Source of the DNA: a virus
Lineage: Duplodnaviria > Caudoviricetes
IMG/VR virus record: IMGVR_UViG_3300023048_000002
Coordinates: 32,001-96,000 of that record
Strand: one strand, 5' to 3'
DNA length: 64,000 nt
Numbering within the stretch: position 1 is the stretch's first letter; each line of letters opens with the position of its first letter. The position numbers and the translations under genes are program-made. Positions 9,511 to 18,474 of the stretch are shown one piece after another. The notes beneath the pieces were generated by a model, which was not told the DNA's origin, did no database searches, and saw nothing but the letters and a program-made list of their open reading frames with translations.

Positions 9511-10757
9511 TACCGTCTCCCCAGCAGTGCTTCTTCAAATGCCGAGATAAGATTAAAATGGATTCCATTCCAAAACTTACTCTGAGCAGCATCAACATTT
9601 TTAAACTTGATGTCTGCAATCATTTCTTTAATCTCTTGAGCATCAGGCTTCTTGCCTTCAGCCCATTCGAAGCGCTTCATTTCGCAAGACAAAAATTCCT
9701 TGGTGTCAAGGAATGCTTCCATCATATGAAGAATCTTCTCCAAGTTATCCTTGGTATTGACTTGCCATGCCAGCAGAATCGCGAACAGGTCTTCGAAGAA
9801 GTTAGGGTTCTTCTGGACCATGATTCGAATGTTCATCGCATCGAAAATATTAACAATTTTCTTGATGGAATCCTGCCAAATGTTATGCCCAAACGTGTCG
9901 CCGTACTCGCCAACGAAAGTAGCCAGTTCAATAACATCCACAGGCAACTTAGCTTCGCGCAAAGATTTAACAAAATTCTTCTTGTCTGCCATTCTATCCG
10001 GGGTTGCGTACCAATGGGTAGAGTAAAATGCAGCAGCACGAACCAGCACCTTTCGTTCATCTGAAAACGAATCCGTCAGTTCAACCACCGGTTCGAACAA
10101 ATCACTGTAGGCGTAAATCCCATGCTCCATGTTGGTAACGTATTTCAACGCACCACAATTAGCTAGCACTTTGAAGTATTTGGCCGGTTCCTCAGTTAGC
10201 AGACTTTTCTTGGTCTCAGCCCAAATGCGATCCTTGGAAACATGATTCAGCGCACCATCCAGCACCATTTTGTCCACCATGATCTTAGTCATGATGTCAA
10301 TCTTGAATTCAGGGAAGCGAGCATTGAAACGAGCCAGACGCAGGATACGCAGAGGGTCTTCAGCAAAAGCTTCAGACACATGACGCAGCACCTTGTTCTC
10401 GATGTCCTTCAGACCACCATAAGGGTCAACCATTTCACCTTCAAAATTATGCGGAACTGCGATAGCATTGATGGTCAGGTCACGACGACACAAGTCATCT
10501 TCAATAGAAACAGAAGAGTCAAACTTGGTTTCGAAATCCGTATGCTTCAAACCAGACTTGCGCTCGATACGAGCCAGAGCGTATTCATCATTGGTCTCTG
10601 GATGAAGGTATACTGGAAAGTCCTTACCAACCTGACTGAAGCCTTGAGCTTCCATTTCTTCTGGTGTAGAGCCGACGACAACGTAGTCATGGTCATGAGG
10701 AACCAGACCCATGAGAAAGTCGCGGACTGCGCCGCCAACTTGGTATACCTTCATCAT
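9510..10757 (-). CDS. cca: tRNA nucleotidyltransferase (CCA-adding, class II)
   Basis: VGGAVRD..DHD, RRDLTINA, EDPLRILRLARF; no HD motif seen. Confidence 0.93.
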   Translation of the reverse strand: MMKVYQVGGAVRDFLMGLVPHDHDYVVVGSTPEEMEAQGFSQVGKDFPVYLHPETNDEYALARIERKSGLKHTDFETKFDSSVSIEDDLCRRDLTINAIAVPHNFEGEMVDPYGGLKDIENKVLRHVSEAFAEDPLRILRLARFNARFPEFKIDIMTKIMVDKMVLDGALNHVSKDRIWAETKKSLLTEEPAKYFKVLANCGALKYVTNMEHGIYAYSDLFEPVVELTDSFSDERKVLVRAAAFYSTHWYATPDRMADKKNFVKSLREAKLPVDVIELATFVGEYGDTFGHNIWQDSIKKIVNIFDAMNIRIMVQKNPNFFEDLFAILLAWQVNTKDNLEKILHMMEAFLDTKEFLSCEMKRFEWAEGKKPDAQEIKEMIADIKFKNVDAAQSKFWNGIHFNLISAFEEALLGRR

Positions 10758-10767
10758 AATTAATTCC

Positions 10768-10977
10768 TTATTTTACAAGTAGGGCTATCTTTTCTCCGCT
10801 ACGCCATGGTGGAGAATGCATGAAACTTTCAATACCAATCACAATATGCTTAATACCATTGATAGAGACTTCAATGCCGATGAGGTGTTTGAAATTCTGA
10901 CATTCAGATGGGTTTGTTGTTACGTAGGCTGTACCTCTACAGACCTTGAAATTCTCTTCTGAAATGAATTCTAGCAT
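10768..10977 (-). CDS. hypothetical protein
   Basis: ORF, likely start at the TAATG overlap (MLEFISEE). Confidence 0.55.
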   Translation of the reverse strand: MLEFISEENFKVCRGTAYVTTNPSECQNFKHLIGIEVSINGIKHIVIGIESFMHSPPWRSGEKIALLVK

Positions 10978-11510
10978 TATGCCCAATCCTTTACAACAGC
11001 AGGGTCAACAACAACGCGTTCGATTGGGACAATCGTAACAACATTGTTCATAAAATCACACACTGCTGCAAAAGCATGAGGTCCATTTTTGTCATGGAGA
11101 ATTTTCATGACAATTTCATAAGTTTTCCTGTCTTCCTTGGCATCTTTGTGTTCATCCTTCATATTTTGAATACACTGTCTTGCATCAATTACGTAGGAGT
11201 TATTTTCTTTAAATTGTCCTTGATCAGCAAGCTTAACAATTTCAACAGAATGGTAATACTCAGCCTTCTGCCACTCATCAGCTTCATTAGCATACCCATC
11301 AATAGATTCGGGGATTTCAGCATTAACAAATGCTGAAATGAACACGGCCTTTTCAAGGATGTTATAACAAACCTGAAACATTTCTTGTATAGAACTTACG
11401 TAATAGATAACCTTATCATTGTCGTAATAGCCCAGCTTATGAACGACCTGCATAGGAAATTTAAGCTTCATACGCTTTATCAGCTTTTCTACATACTTGT
11501 CACTAAACAT
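10977..11510 (-). CDS. hypothetical protein
   Basis: 177 aa ORF, GGAG RBS. Confidence 0.7.
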   Translation of the reverse strand: MFSDKYVEKLIKRMKLKFPMQVVHKLGYYDNDKVIYYVSSIQEMFQVCYNILEKAVFISAFVNAEIPESIDGYANEADEWQKAEYYHSVEIVKLADQGQFKENNSYVIDARQCIQNMKDEHKDAKEDRKTYEIVMKILHDKNGPHAFAAVCDFMNNVVTIVPIERVVVDPAVVKDWA

Positions 11511-11529
11511 TTAAATTCTCCAAAAGAAA

Positions 11530-11558
11530 AAGATGCGACTTTATTAGAGTCGCATCTT
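11530..11558 (-). terminator. intrinsic terminator hairpin
   Basis: AAGATGCGACT-N7-AGTCGCATCTT followed by TTTCTTTT. Confidence 0.7.
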
Positions 11559-11582
11559 ATGTGTTAATAACGTAATTGTCAA
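11554..11582 (-). promoter_or_regulatory. sigma70-type promoter overlapping the hairpin 5' arm
   Basis: TTGACA-N17-TAAGAT. Confidence 0.7.
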
Positions 11583-11588
11583 GTTAAC

Positions 11589-11822
11589 TTATTCAAATCC
11601 TAGTGTGGTTAATACCGAACGATTAGCTGCAATCTTCTTCTTGAGAACGTCTGTGAACAGTGTGACATCATCTGGTTCTAGGTCAAGGTGAATACCATTG
11701 CTTAGGCGGATTGTCACTAGAACATCCATCGCAGCCCTTCCAAGGTGAGTCACTGCCTTCTCAAGAGCTTCGATCTTCTCTGCAAGCTTTACTGCTTTAC
11801 GTGCTGCTTCAATAGTATTCAT
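11589..11822 (-). CDS. hypothetical protein
   Basis: 77 aa ORF. Confidence 0.65.
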   Translation of the reverse strand: MNTIEAARKAVKLAEKIEALEKAVTHLGRAAMDVLVTIRLSNGIHLDLEPDDVTLFTDVLKKKIAANRSVLTTLGFE

Positions 11823-12289
11823 TATTCAAATAATCCATAGCCGGGAACTTTTACCAAATATTTTAATGATTTTGGTGCTTCACTTTTATAATATTCTAAT
11901 TTAAGCGTTGGGTCAATATAATTAAGAATCATAATCCAAAGCTGAAGTAGAAGCTCTGGTTCCTGAATATAGAAACCATCTTCATCCTCATTCTGTTCAA
12001 AGAATTGATCATCATTAATTCTTGTCTTAAACTTATCCCAAATTCCAGTAGCACGGAGTTGAACCATAATATCTGGATCAATCGTGCTTTCTTCATACAT
12101 ACTACAGATATCACCAATGGCGAATCCTAGAACCTCAGGCGAGCGCCAGTGAGCCTTTACGATATCATCAATAAGTGCTGGTGAATTAACCATAAAGCTC
12201 TCGCTTTGACCATGGCCATCCTTAGACCAGTCACCAATAGGGAATTCATATTCGTACATGTTTGCGTCTTGTGTATCTTCTTGTGTCAT
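11822..12289 (-). CDS. hypothetical protein
   Basis: 155 aa ORF (IGDWSKDGHG...GYGLF). Confidence 0.7.
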   Translation of the reverse strand: MTQEDTQDANMYEYEFPIGDWSKDGHGQSESFMVNSPALIDDIVKAHWRSPEVLGFAIGDICSMYEESTIDPDIMVQLRATGIWDKFKTRINDDQFFEQNEDEDGFYIQEPELLLQLWIMILNYIDPTLKLEYYKSEAPKSLKYLVKVPGYGLFE

Positions 12290-12291
12290 AA

Positions 12292-12630
12292 TTACATTCC
12301 AAATATATTGTTTAATTCAATTTCATCTAGGACTTTAACTATCATGTCACCATGGCACGATTTCTGAGGTTTACACCAACAACCTAAAGTCTTTCCACGC
12401 AATGATTCGATGTCATCCATTAATTCTTTATTTTCACGAAGGTAGCGTTCAAATAATTTGATGACCTCAGAACGGATAACACCACTGCCTTCACGGTGTG
12501 GCGATCCTAGATATTCTGCTTCTTCCTTCGTTAGGATGTGATCCCTTTTATAAGGATTTCCCCATTTAGAAGTTCGATCAATCATTACATCATATTTTTC
12601 TTTTCTATGATGAACCACTTTAGTTTTCAT
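12292..12630 (-). CDS. DUF4326-family protein
   Basis: YDVMIDRTSKWGNPY ... LRGKTLGCWCKP..CHGD. Confidence 0.85.
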   Translation of the reverse strand: MKTKVVHHRKEKYDVMIDRTSKWGNPYKRDHILTKEEAEYLGSPHREGSGVIRSEVIKLFERYLRENKELMDDIESLRGKTLGCWCKPQKSCHGDMIVKVLDEIELNNIFGM

Positions 12631-12803
12631 CGTCTCTTTGCCTTTAAATCTTTACGAGACGTTAGATGCCATTGATAACACCAATTGCATTTGTAGACAC
12701 GGAGGAAGGATGTACTCTTTCTATTAAGTTGATTATCGACAACCGAGAGTGCTTCACGCTCGGTTTCATAACCATTCTTTCCTGTATGCCTACACGTACT
12801 CAT
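12627..12803 (-). CDS. small zinc-binding phage protein, 58 aa, not in the ORF track
   Basis: Hand-translated MSTCRHTGKNGY...RVYKCNWCYQWHLTS; ATGA overlaps at both ends. Confidence 0.65.
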   Translation of the reverse strand: MSTCRHTGKNGYETEREALSVVDNQLNRKSTSFLRVYKCNWCYQWHLTSRKDLKAKRR

Positions 12804-13015
12804 TCACTTACACTTTCATAGTCTTCAGGTTTATCGCACCATTCCGGTAAAATCAATACAAAGATAAGGTAAGGAAAGATAATAAAAGATGACCAACAGA
12901 AATAAAGCATGATCATAGCGAAACGAACTAACCATGTTGGGATACGCAACCAGTAAGCAATGCCAGCACATACCCCAAACATACCAACAAATGGAATTTT
13001 CTTAAGAGAGCGCAT
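12800..13015 (-). CDS. PspC-domain membrane protein
   Basis: GMFGVCAGIAYWLRIPTWLVR ... YLIFVLILP PspC signature. Confidence 0.8.
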   Translation of the reverse strand: MRSLKKIPFVGMFGVCAGIAYWLRIPTWLVRFAMIMLYFCWSSFIIFPYLIFVLILPEWCDKPEDYESVSE

Positions 13016-14027
13016 TGATCTTTTCCTTTATGAGTTCATAATCTTTATACAGCGCTGGGTCAGATTCGCTAACCTTTGAGAACATGAATCCATAACCGAA
13101 TTCCCAGTTACTAAAAACCCTTCCATCGCCACCCCAATCTTCAATTAGACCATGAATGGTGTCATACATTTTTTCATCTTCTTTGGTTTCAATAGTGAAT
13201 CCATTCAAACCACGTTCAGCATAACTTGGGCCATCATTCCAATCAATTCTGTTGGCTTCAAGATAATGCCCAAGATGTAGATATTTGTTCTTCTCTAGAA
13301 TAGCATCAAGAATCTCACTAGCATCTGCATCGTATCTGGTCTCATATTTCACACGTAGATGCACTATAACCTTCTCTGCATCAACTTTAGCCTTTTCCTT
13401 GACTTCTTGACGTTTGATTTCCTTGATCTTGGCAATACGCTTAACTGATTCTTCCCTAGCAGCTACGAGACTTTTTTCCGCAGCAGACTTATGAAAATCA
13501 TATGAGTCAGTAGAAGAAATATTTCTTTGAAGATCACCGATATATCCAGCCGTGTGACCAATAGATTTTTTAGTTTTAGAACGTGTGGTAGGGTATTCAT
13601 ATGTTGTATAGCCTGCTGGAATACCTGCTGCACTCATCATGAATGATAGCTTTTCTTTAAGTTTCTTATTATTCTCAAGGGCAGCACCATTGTTAGCATG
13701 CATCAAATTGATCTTTTCAATATACTCAATAACAGTTTTTTCATGCTTTTCAAGGCACTTATTGATCTGTTCCTCAGTATTAGCCAGATGATCAGTTTTA
13801 TAATAACTGTCATACTTGACTTTAAAAATATAATCCATATGTGGAGAATTCCATGTTGGAATAGTCTCCACTTTCATGTTTGGAGGAAGGTTATCATTAG
13901 CCTTCTCTTCCAACTTGGCGATGTGATTGCGAAGAGACGTCAAAGTATCTTCGACTGTTTTTACGATGTCCATAAAAATGGCTCCACTATTGGGAGCCAT
14001 TCTAGGATAATTAAATTGTTTAGTCAA
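13002..14027 (-). CDS. hypothetical coiled-coil protein
   Basis: 341 aa ORF; start uncertain. Confidence 0.7.
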   Translation of the reverse strand: MTKQFNYPRMAPNSGAIFMDIVKTVEDTLTSLRNHIAKLEEKANDNLPPNMKVETIPTWNSPHMDYIFKVKYDSYYKTDHLANTEEQINKCLEKHEKTVIEYIEKINLMHANNGAALENNKKLKEKLSFMMSAAGIPAGYTTYEYPTTRSKTKKSIGHTAGYIGDLQRNISSTDSYDFHKSAAEKSLVAAREESVKRIAKIKEIKRQEVKEKAKVDAEKVIVHLRVKYETRYDADASEILDAILEKNKYLHLGHYLEANRIDWNDGPSYAERGLNGFTIETKEDEKMYDTIHGLIEDWGGDGRVFSNWEFGYGFMFSKVSESDPALYKDYELIKEKINALS

Positions 14028-14029
14028 GC

Positions 14030-14314
14030 TTAGTCGCGCAACTGATTATATTCAGCAGCCCAAATCTTTTCAAAGCCTAACTGTGCAGCATACATGTCAA
14101 CAGTTTTGATGTCAGCATCATCTACAAAATTTACAATTAGCACAAGAGGTTTTGTTTTATCAAATTTTAAAAAAGTATTGATAAAATTTTTGAGAGGTAA
14201 ATTCTTGGCTGACCCAAAGGTTCCATTTCTGAAATCAACTGGACTTCTTAAGTCGATCAACTGACCACCCTTATCTAGAAGGGCATTTACTTTACTTTTA
14301 TTTGCGAACTTCAT
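14030..14314 (-). CDS. rhodanese-like single-domain protein with no catalytic Cys
   Basis: LIDLRSPVDFRNG..GSAKNLPL, LGF..; no Cys anywhere in the protein. Confidence 0.75.
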   Translation of the reverse strand: MKFANKSKVNALLDKGGQLIDLRSPVDFRNGTFGSAKNLPLKNFINTFLKFDKTKPLVLIVNFVDDADIKTVDMYAAQLGFEKIWAAEYNQLRD

Positions 14315-14331
14315 TTATCTCTCCTGTTGTC

Positions 14332-14352
14332 AGCGAGAGATAAACTCTCGCT
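14332..14352. other. intergenic 8-bp hairpin without U-tract
   Basis: AGCGAGAG-ATAAA-CTCTCGCT. Confidence 0.5.
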
Positions 14353-14915
14353 TAATTTTTATCGAATACCTGTCCGATATCATAGATTCGCTTAAAGCTG
14401 GAATCGGTTACATTCCATGGCATATCCATAAGTATAGTGTTCTCAATTTTACTATGAGTTGAAAAATCGTTACAGTTGTCTATATTATCGTCTACGGCCA
14501 TAATCACGTTATCATAAATGTTTGCATAGTAAGATTTCTTGATCGTATGGCTTGACACATGAATGTTGTCATATGGAATACCATTACGGTCGAACCATTC
14601 CTTCGTCACGTTGTACGCGTCAGGGTGGTAGCCTCTGGACGTAATGATGACGATCTTATGGCCCTGATCCTTCAGTGCGGTGAGTGTCTTCAAAGAGTTA
14701 TCGTATGGCTCCATAGTAGTAAGAATATCGCTGTCAATGATCGCGTCAAATAGGTTCTCGATTGAGATACCATAAATGTCTGTAATATTGAAGCAATTCC
14801 ACTGCTGCCAAGGAACGCTCTTCTTTGAGTATTTATCCAGAACTTTTTGCATTGGAACCTTGAGATTACCTAGCGTATCGTCAAGATCGAAAATGCATAC
14901 TTTACCTGATTTCAT
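14352..14915 (-). CDS. 5'(3')-deoxyribonucleotidase-like HAD phosphatase
   Basis: FDLDDTL, ITSR, T..WF, AVDDN, PWN. Confidence 0.85.
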   Translation of the reverse strand: MKSGKVCIFDLDDTLGNLKVPMQKVLDKYSKKSVPWQQWNCFNITDIYGISIENLFDAIIDSDILTTMEPYDNSLKTLTALKDQGHKIVIITSRGYHPDAYNVTKEWFDRNGIPYDNIHVSSHTIKKSYYANIYDNVIMAVDDNIDNCNDFSTHSKIENTILMDMPWNVTDSSFKRIYDIGQVFDKN

Positions 14916-14989
14916 CTGTATTCCTTGAAATTTGGTGGAGTATATCTCACCAAGGGTGGGTTAAACGAGAAAAAACGCCTGATCAATGA

Positions 14990-15691
14990 TCAAGCGTTTA
15001 ATATGCTTTCTTTTGTTAGGATTTCTTTTACGAAATTCATACCATCAGTTGCTTTCATTTCCAGATGGAGAAAGTCTTGAATTGAATATAACATATTAGG
15101 ATCGATGATGACTCCTGTGGTACCCTTTGGCATGTACGTGTGCAAATGTGATGCTGGGAATACTTCTAAAGATGTTCCAACGATGATATATGCATGAGAC
15201 TTCTTGACTGCTGCTATGGCATCTTCATAACGCTTGACATTCTCACCGAACCATACAATGTCAGGACGCATAGGAAGTCCACTCGGTGAACGATCATCTT
15301 TAGTCAGGTCTTTCTCCCAACGGAATGACTTCTCTTCACCGGCAACTTCTCTAACCTTTAGAATCTCACCATGTAAATGAATCACATTGGTTGAACCACC
15401 ACGCTCATGAAGGTCATCAATATTCTGTGTTATAACAGTTACATCATAGAACTCTTCCAACTCAGCGATGATCTTATGTGCATCATTAGGTTGTGCGGCT
15501 TGAATGTCTTTGCGACGTTCGTTAAAGAAATGTAGAACCTTGTTAGCATCACGGTTCCAGCCATCAATGGATGAGACTTCTTCAATCTTATAATGGTTCC
15601 ATAAGCCATCTACAGAATCACGGAAAGTGGCGATACCACTTTCCTTTGAAATACCTGCACCAGTCATAAAGACTAGTGATTTGCGCTCCAT
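14990..15691 (-). CDS. Sir2/CobB-family NAD-dependent deacylase
   Basis: GAGISKESGIATFR, PNDAH, TQNIDDLHE, HLHG, RPDIVWFGE, VGTSLEVFPA. Confidence 0.93.
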   Translation of the reverse strand: MERKSLVFMTGAGISKESGIATFRDSVDGLWNHYKIEEVSSIDGWNRDANKVLHFFNERRKDIQAAQPNDAHKIIAELEEFYDVTVITQNIDDLHERGGSTNVIHLHGEILKVREVAGEEKSFRWEKDLTKDDRSPSGLPMRPDIVWFGENVKRYEDAIAAVKKSHAYIIVGTSLEVFPASHLHTYMPKGTTGVIIDPNMLYSIQDFLHLEMKATDGMNFVKEILTKESILNA

Positions 15692-16254
15692 TACTTATTA
15701 CCTTCTAGAATTTTACGCTCAACATCTAGATTACGGACTTCAGCATTTTCGTCAGAGTATTTCTCTGGATAACGTGCCTGAAGCTTTGCAATGTTACGAA
15801 CCAAACCTTCTTCCCAATCAAGGCCAAGGGCATCGTTTAGAATAGCGTTATACCAACTAGCATCAGCCATTTCTTCTTGAATGTTGACTGCATCAATAGT
15901 ACCACCAGTAATGTTCTTCTGTAATGCTGAAACAAGCTCAGCGGCTTCAGTAGCAACACCAATAACACCATGGAACACACGAGGGTTTACACCTTCAAGA
16001 ACTTCTTCCTTCTGTTCGCTGTGATGACGATCAGCACAATTATCAAAGAACTTCAAACTATCGGATAGCTCTTGAAACTTCTCATTATATTTCTTTGGAT
16101 TTTTGTAATAAATCTTTTTCTTAAGGCAGTCAAGCATTTCACCGGCAGTGACGAAGATTGCTAGAACATGTAGAAGTTCATTCTTATCAGCAATAACTTC
16201 ATCAACGATTGACTCTGTGCGTAATGCTTTTTCTTGGTATTCTATTAAATTCAT
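15691..16254 (-). CDS. MazG-like NTP pyrophosphohydrolase
   Basis: YQ..ALRT, GVATEAAEL, EEMAD..WY, NIAKLQARYP. Confidence 0.85.
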   Translation of the reverse strand: MNLIEYQEKALRTESIVDEVIADKNELLHVLAIFVTAGEMLDCLKKKIYYKNPKKYNEKFQELSDSLKFFDNCADRHHSEQKEEVLEGVNPRVFHGVIGVATEAAELVSALQKNITGGTIDAVNIQEEMADASWYNAILNDALGLDWEEGLVRNIAKLQARYPEKYSDENAEVRNLDVERKILEGNK

Positions 16255-16276
16255 AAATGGGTCCGTTTAAGCGGTT

Positions 16277-16305
16277 AGTCTACCATTCATGAATCTCTTA
16301 ATCAA
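16277..16305 (-). promoter_or_regulatory. sigma70-type promoter
   Basis: TTGATT-N17-TAGACT with a TGn extended -10. Confidence 0.55.
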
Positions 16306-16313
16306 TCTAAAAG

Positions 16314-16338
16314 AAAAAGGCCGGTTACCCGGCCTTTT
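16314..16338 (-). terminator. intrinsic terminator
   Basis: AAAAGGCCGG-GTAA-CCGGCCTTTTT on the minus strand after the HNH gene. Confidence 0.8.
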
Positions 16339-16348
16339 CTGTTTCCTT

Positions 16349-16984
16349 CTAAGAATTAAGCTTTCGCTCGTAATCCTTGTAGATTGGGGAGTTCTTGCTT
16401 ACACCCTTGATAAGGAAGTCAAGCTGGTCTCCAAGAATGTGTCTATTCTCAAGAATCAAATGTTCATAGAACGATGGCTTGTATGGAAGATAATGTAGCT
16501 CAAGCTCAGCATCTGCAAGAGTCTTATTATCCTTCCAACGGTTACATGCTCCACATGCTGTTACAACATTTTCCCAAATATCTGGTCCACCTTTAGAAAC
16601 TGGATGAACATGGTCGCGAGTTAACTTACCTTTTGGGTATATGGTATTACAATATGCACAAAGATAACGGTCACGTTCGAACAACATTGCATTAGAAAGT
16701 GTCGGGCTGTATCCAGCAAGGTCACGCTTCTTTGTACGTTTGCTCTTATCATGTTTTACAGCAACAATCGTGTCCATAACTAGCACAGACTGCTGTCCAG
16801 TTGAAGCATTCATTCCACCACGAAGTGTATGTGCATACTTACCTGTTGTCCAAAGGATACGATCCTTCGCCTGCAATGTTGCGAAGTCCTGATATGTAAT
16901 CCAACGCAATGGCTCTCCTGAATCGGAAAGCTGCAAAATTTTGGGGATGTGGGTTCGCTTTTCAATTTCATGTGCAGTCGTCAT
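16349..16984 (-). CDS. HNH endonuclease
   Basis: RD..LCAYC, TRDHVHPVSKGG, WENVVTACGACNRWK. Confidence 0.9.
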   Translation of the reverse strand: MTTAHEIEKRTHIPKILQLSDSGEPLRWITYQDFATLQAKDRILWTTGKYAHTLRGGMNASTGQQSVLVMDTIVAVKHDKSKRTKKRDLAGYSPTLSNAMLFERDRYLCAYCNTIYPKGKLTRDHVHPVSKGGPDIWENVVTACGACNRWKDNKTLADAELELHYLPYKPSFYEHLILENRHILGDQLDFLIKGVSKNSPIYKDYERKLNS

Positions 16985-17013
16985 AACATATTCCTTTGGA
17001 TATTTAGTTCGTT

Positions 17014-17490
17014 CTAACCCTGTCGGACTCTGTTGAATCCTTCTGATGTATCGGGTATTTCATAGGTTTCAATCATATTTATTACAATGCCAATTGGGAT
17101 GTTCTTACCAGTTTGACGAGCGCGCTCCTTCAAACGGCTTAACAATTCTTCCTGATCAACCATAAAATACACACATTCAGTGTGATAATCCTTAGGAAAA
17201 CGAGACAGAATTTCCTTGCGTTTCTTAGCCGTAAGATTGGTTTGATCCCAAATCACATTCTTACGATTCTTAATAGCTTCATCCAACTGAACATACATAC
17301 GCTTAGTAGCTTCCTTAACCGAAGTCTTCCAGACTTCAGAGTAAGTCTTACCCTGTTCCTTGGCAATCGTTTCTACAATATCATCGGTCGAGATGATGAC
17401 ACTATCGTGAGCCATAGTACCAATGTAAGTAGACTTACCGGACGCAGGTGGACCTACCAAGACAATCAATGTTGGGGTGTTAATATTCAT
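17014..17490 (-). CDS. P-loop kinase (polynucleotide kinase-like, AAA_33)
   Basis: GPPASGKST, ISTDD, IWDQTN...R. Confidence 0.85.
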   Translation of the reverse strand: MNINTPTLIVLVGPPASGKSTYIGTMAHDSVIISTDDIVETIAKEQGKTYSEVWKTSVKEATKRMYVQLDEAIKNRKNVIWDQTNLTAKKRKEILSRFPKDYHTECVYFMVDQEELLSRLKERARQTGKNIPIGIVINMIETYEIPDTSEGFNRVRQG

Positions 17491-17551
17491 TCTTTTGTTC
17501 CTTGTATATTATCAGTCTATAAAATTAATTCAAGCTAGAATATAATTATAT

Positions 17552-17998
17552 TCAGTCTGCATTCACAAACTCTACTTCAATTCCAGCTTCAGCAAACATA
17601 GCTTTAGCAAAATCAATTTCTTCACCCCATCGAGTACGAAACTCATCTGAAGGTTCTACAGAAACGACACGCTTAATGCCAGCAGTAATCATGCTTCCGG
17701 CACATGCAGAGCATGGAAAGGTTGATACTGCCATCGTCATACCTCTTGTTGGCAGACCTTCAGCAGCACAATAGTCAAGAGCATTCTTTTCTGCATGCTG
17801 AATTAGCTTATATTTGGTTGGACGATCTTTCAGACGTTCATCATCAGCAAATGCTTCAGGGAAGCCATTGTAAGCCAAGAGACGAATGCGCTTACCATTG
17901 GCAAGTACAGCACCCACTTTGGTTGATTCATCCTTAGACCATGATGCAGCCAATCTAGCAGCATCAATCAATCGTTTATTCCACTTATCATTATTCAT
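17552..17998 (-). CDS. dCMP deaminase
   Basis: SKD.STKVGA, YNGFP, HAEKNA, PCSAC. Confidence 0.92.
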   Translation of the reverse strand: MNNDKWNKRLIDAARLAASWSKDESTKVGAVLANGKRIRLLAYNGFPEAFADDERLKDRPTKYKLIQHAEKNALDYCAAEGLPTRGMTMAVSTFPCSACAGSMITAGIKRVVSVEPSDEFRTRWGEEIDFAKAMFAEAGIEVEFVNAD

Positions 17999-18014
17999 AA
18001 TTTCTCCGTCTTAA

Positions 18015-18043
18015 ATTGTATCTTTTGAGATGTATAATGTCAA
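18015..18043 (-). promoter_or_regulatory. sigma70-type promoter
   Basis: TTGACA-N17-TACAAT. Confidence 0.75.
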
Positions 18044-18049
18044 ATATCA

Positions 18050-18057
18050 TATAAATA
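18050..18057 (+). promoter_or_regulatory. T4-type late promoter
   Basis: Exact TATAAATA 18 nt before the 18076 start. Confidence 0.6.
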
Positions 18058-18075
18058 AAGAAAAAGAGAAAAACT

Positions 18076-18441
18076 ATGAAAATTCTGCAACTTTTAGAAT
18101 CCGTGATGGATTTTGATACTGATACACAATACAAATTAACTGGCGTTAATGCATTCTCAGAAGAGAATGGGATGATCGATGGATCATTTTCATTCGTTCA
18201 AGATAATGGTGTTGTTTACGCAGTGGATATCATGGTTAACCCTAAGACCCGTGGATTTAAGTTTGGTGATATTGATATTCAAGATCATGGTACTACTCAT
18301 GATGGGAACCCTGATGACCTTAAGATTGCTATTAGATTCTTTAAGGATAACTTCCAAGAAATTGTAGCCCAACTTAAGCAAGACCTTGAAGAAAACTCAG
18401 ATGGTCAGAAACCCTTCAATCGACCAACTGCAACAGCCTAA
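18076..18441 (+). CDS. hypothetical late protein, possible internal head protein
   Basis: 121 aa; own late promoter and terminator; MKILQLLE N-terminus. Confidence 0.7.
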   Translation: MKILQLLESVMDFDTDTQYKLTGVNAFSEENGMIDGSFSFVQDNGVVYAVDIMVNPKTRGFKFGDIDIQDHGTTHDGNPDDLKIAIRFFKDNFQEIVAQLKQDLEENSDGQKPFNRPTATA

Positions 18442-18444
18442 ATT

Positions 18445-18470
18445 AAAAAGCCCGCTTTCGCGGGCTTTTT
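18445..18470. terminator. bidirectional intrinsic terminator
   Basis: AAAAAGCCCGC-TTTC-GCGGGCTTTTT between convergent genes. Confidence 0.85.
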
Positions 18471-18474
18471 ATTA

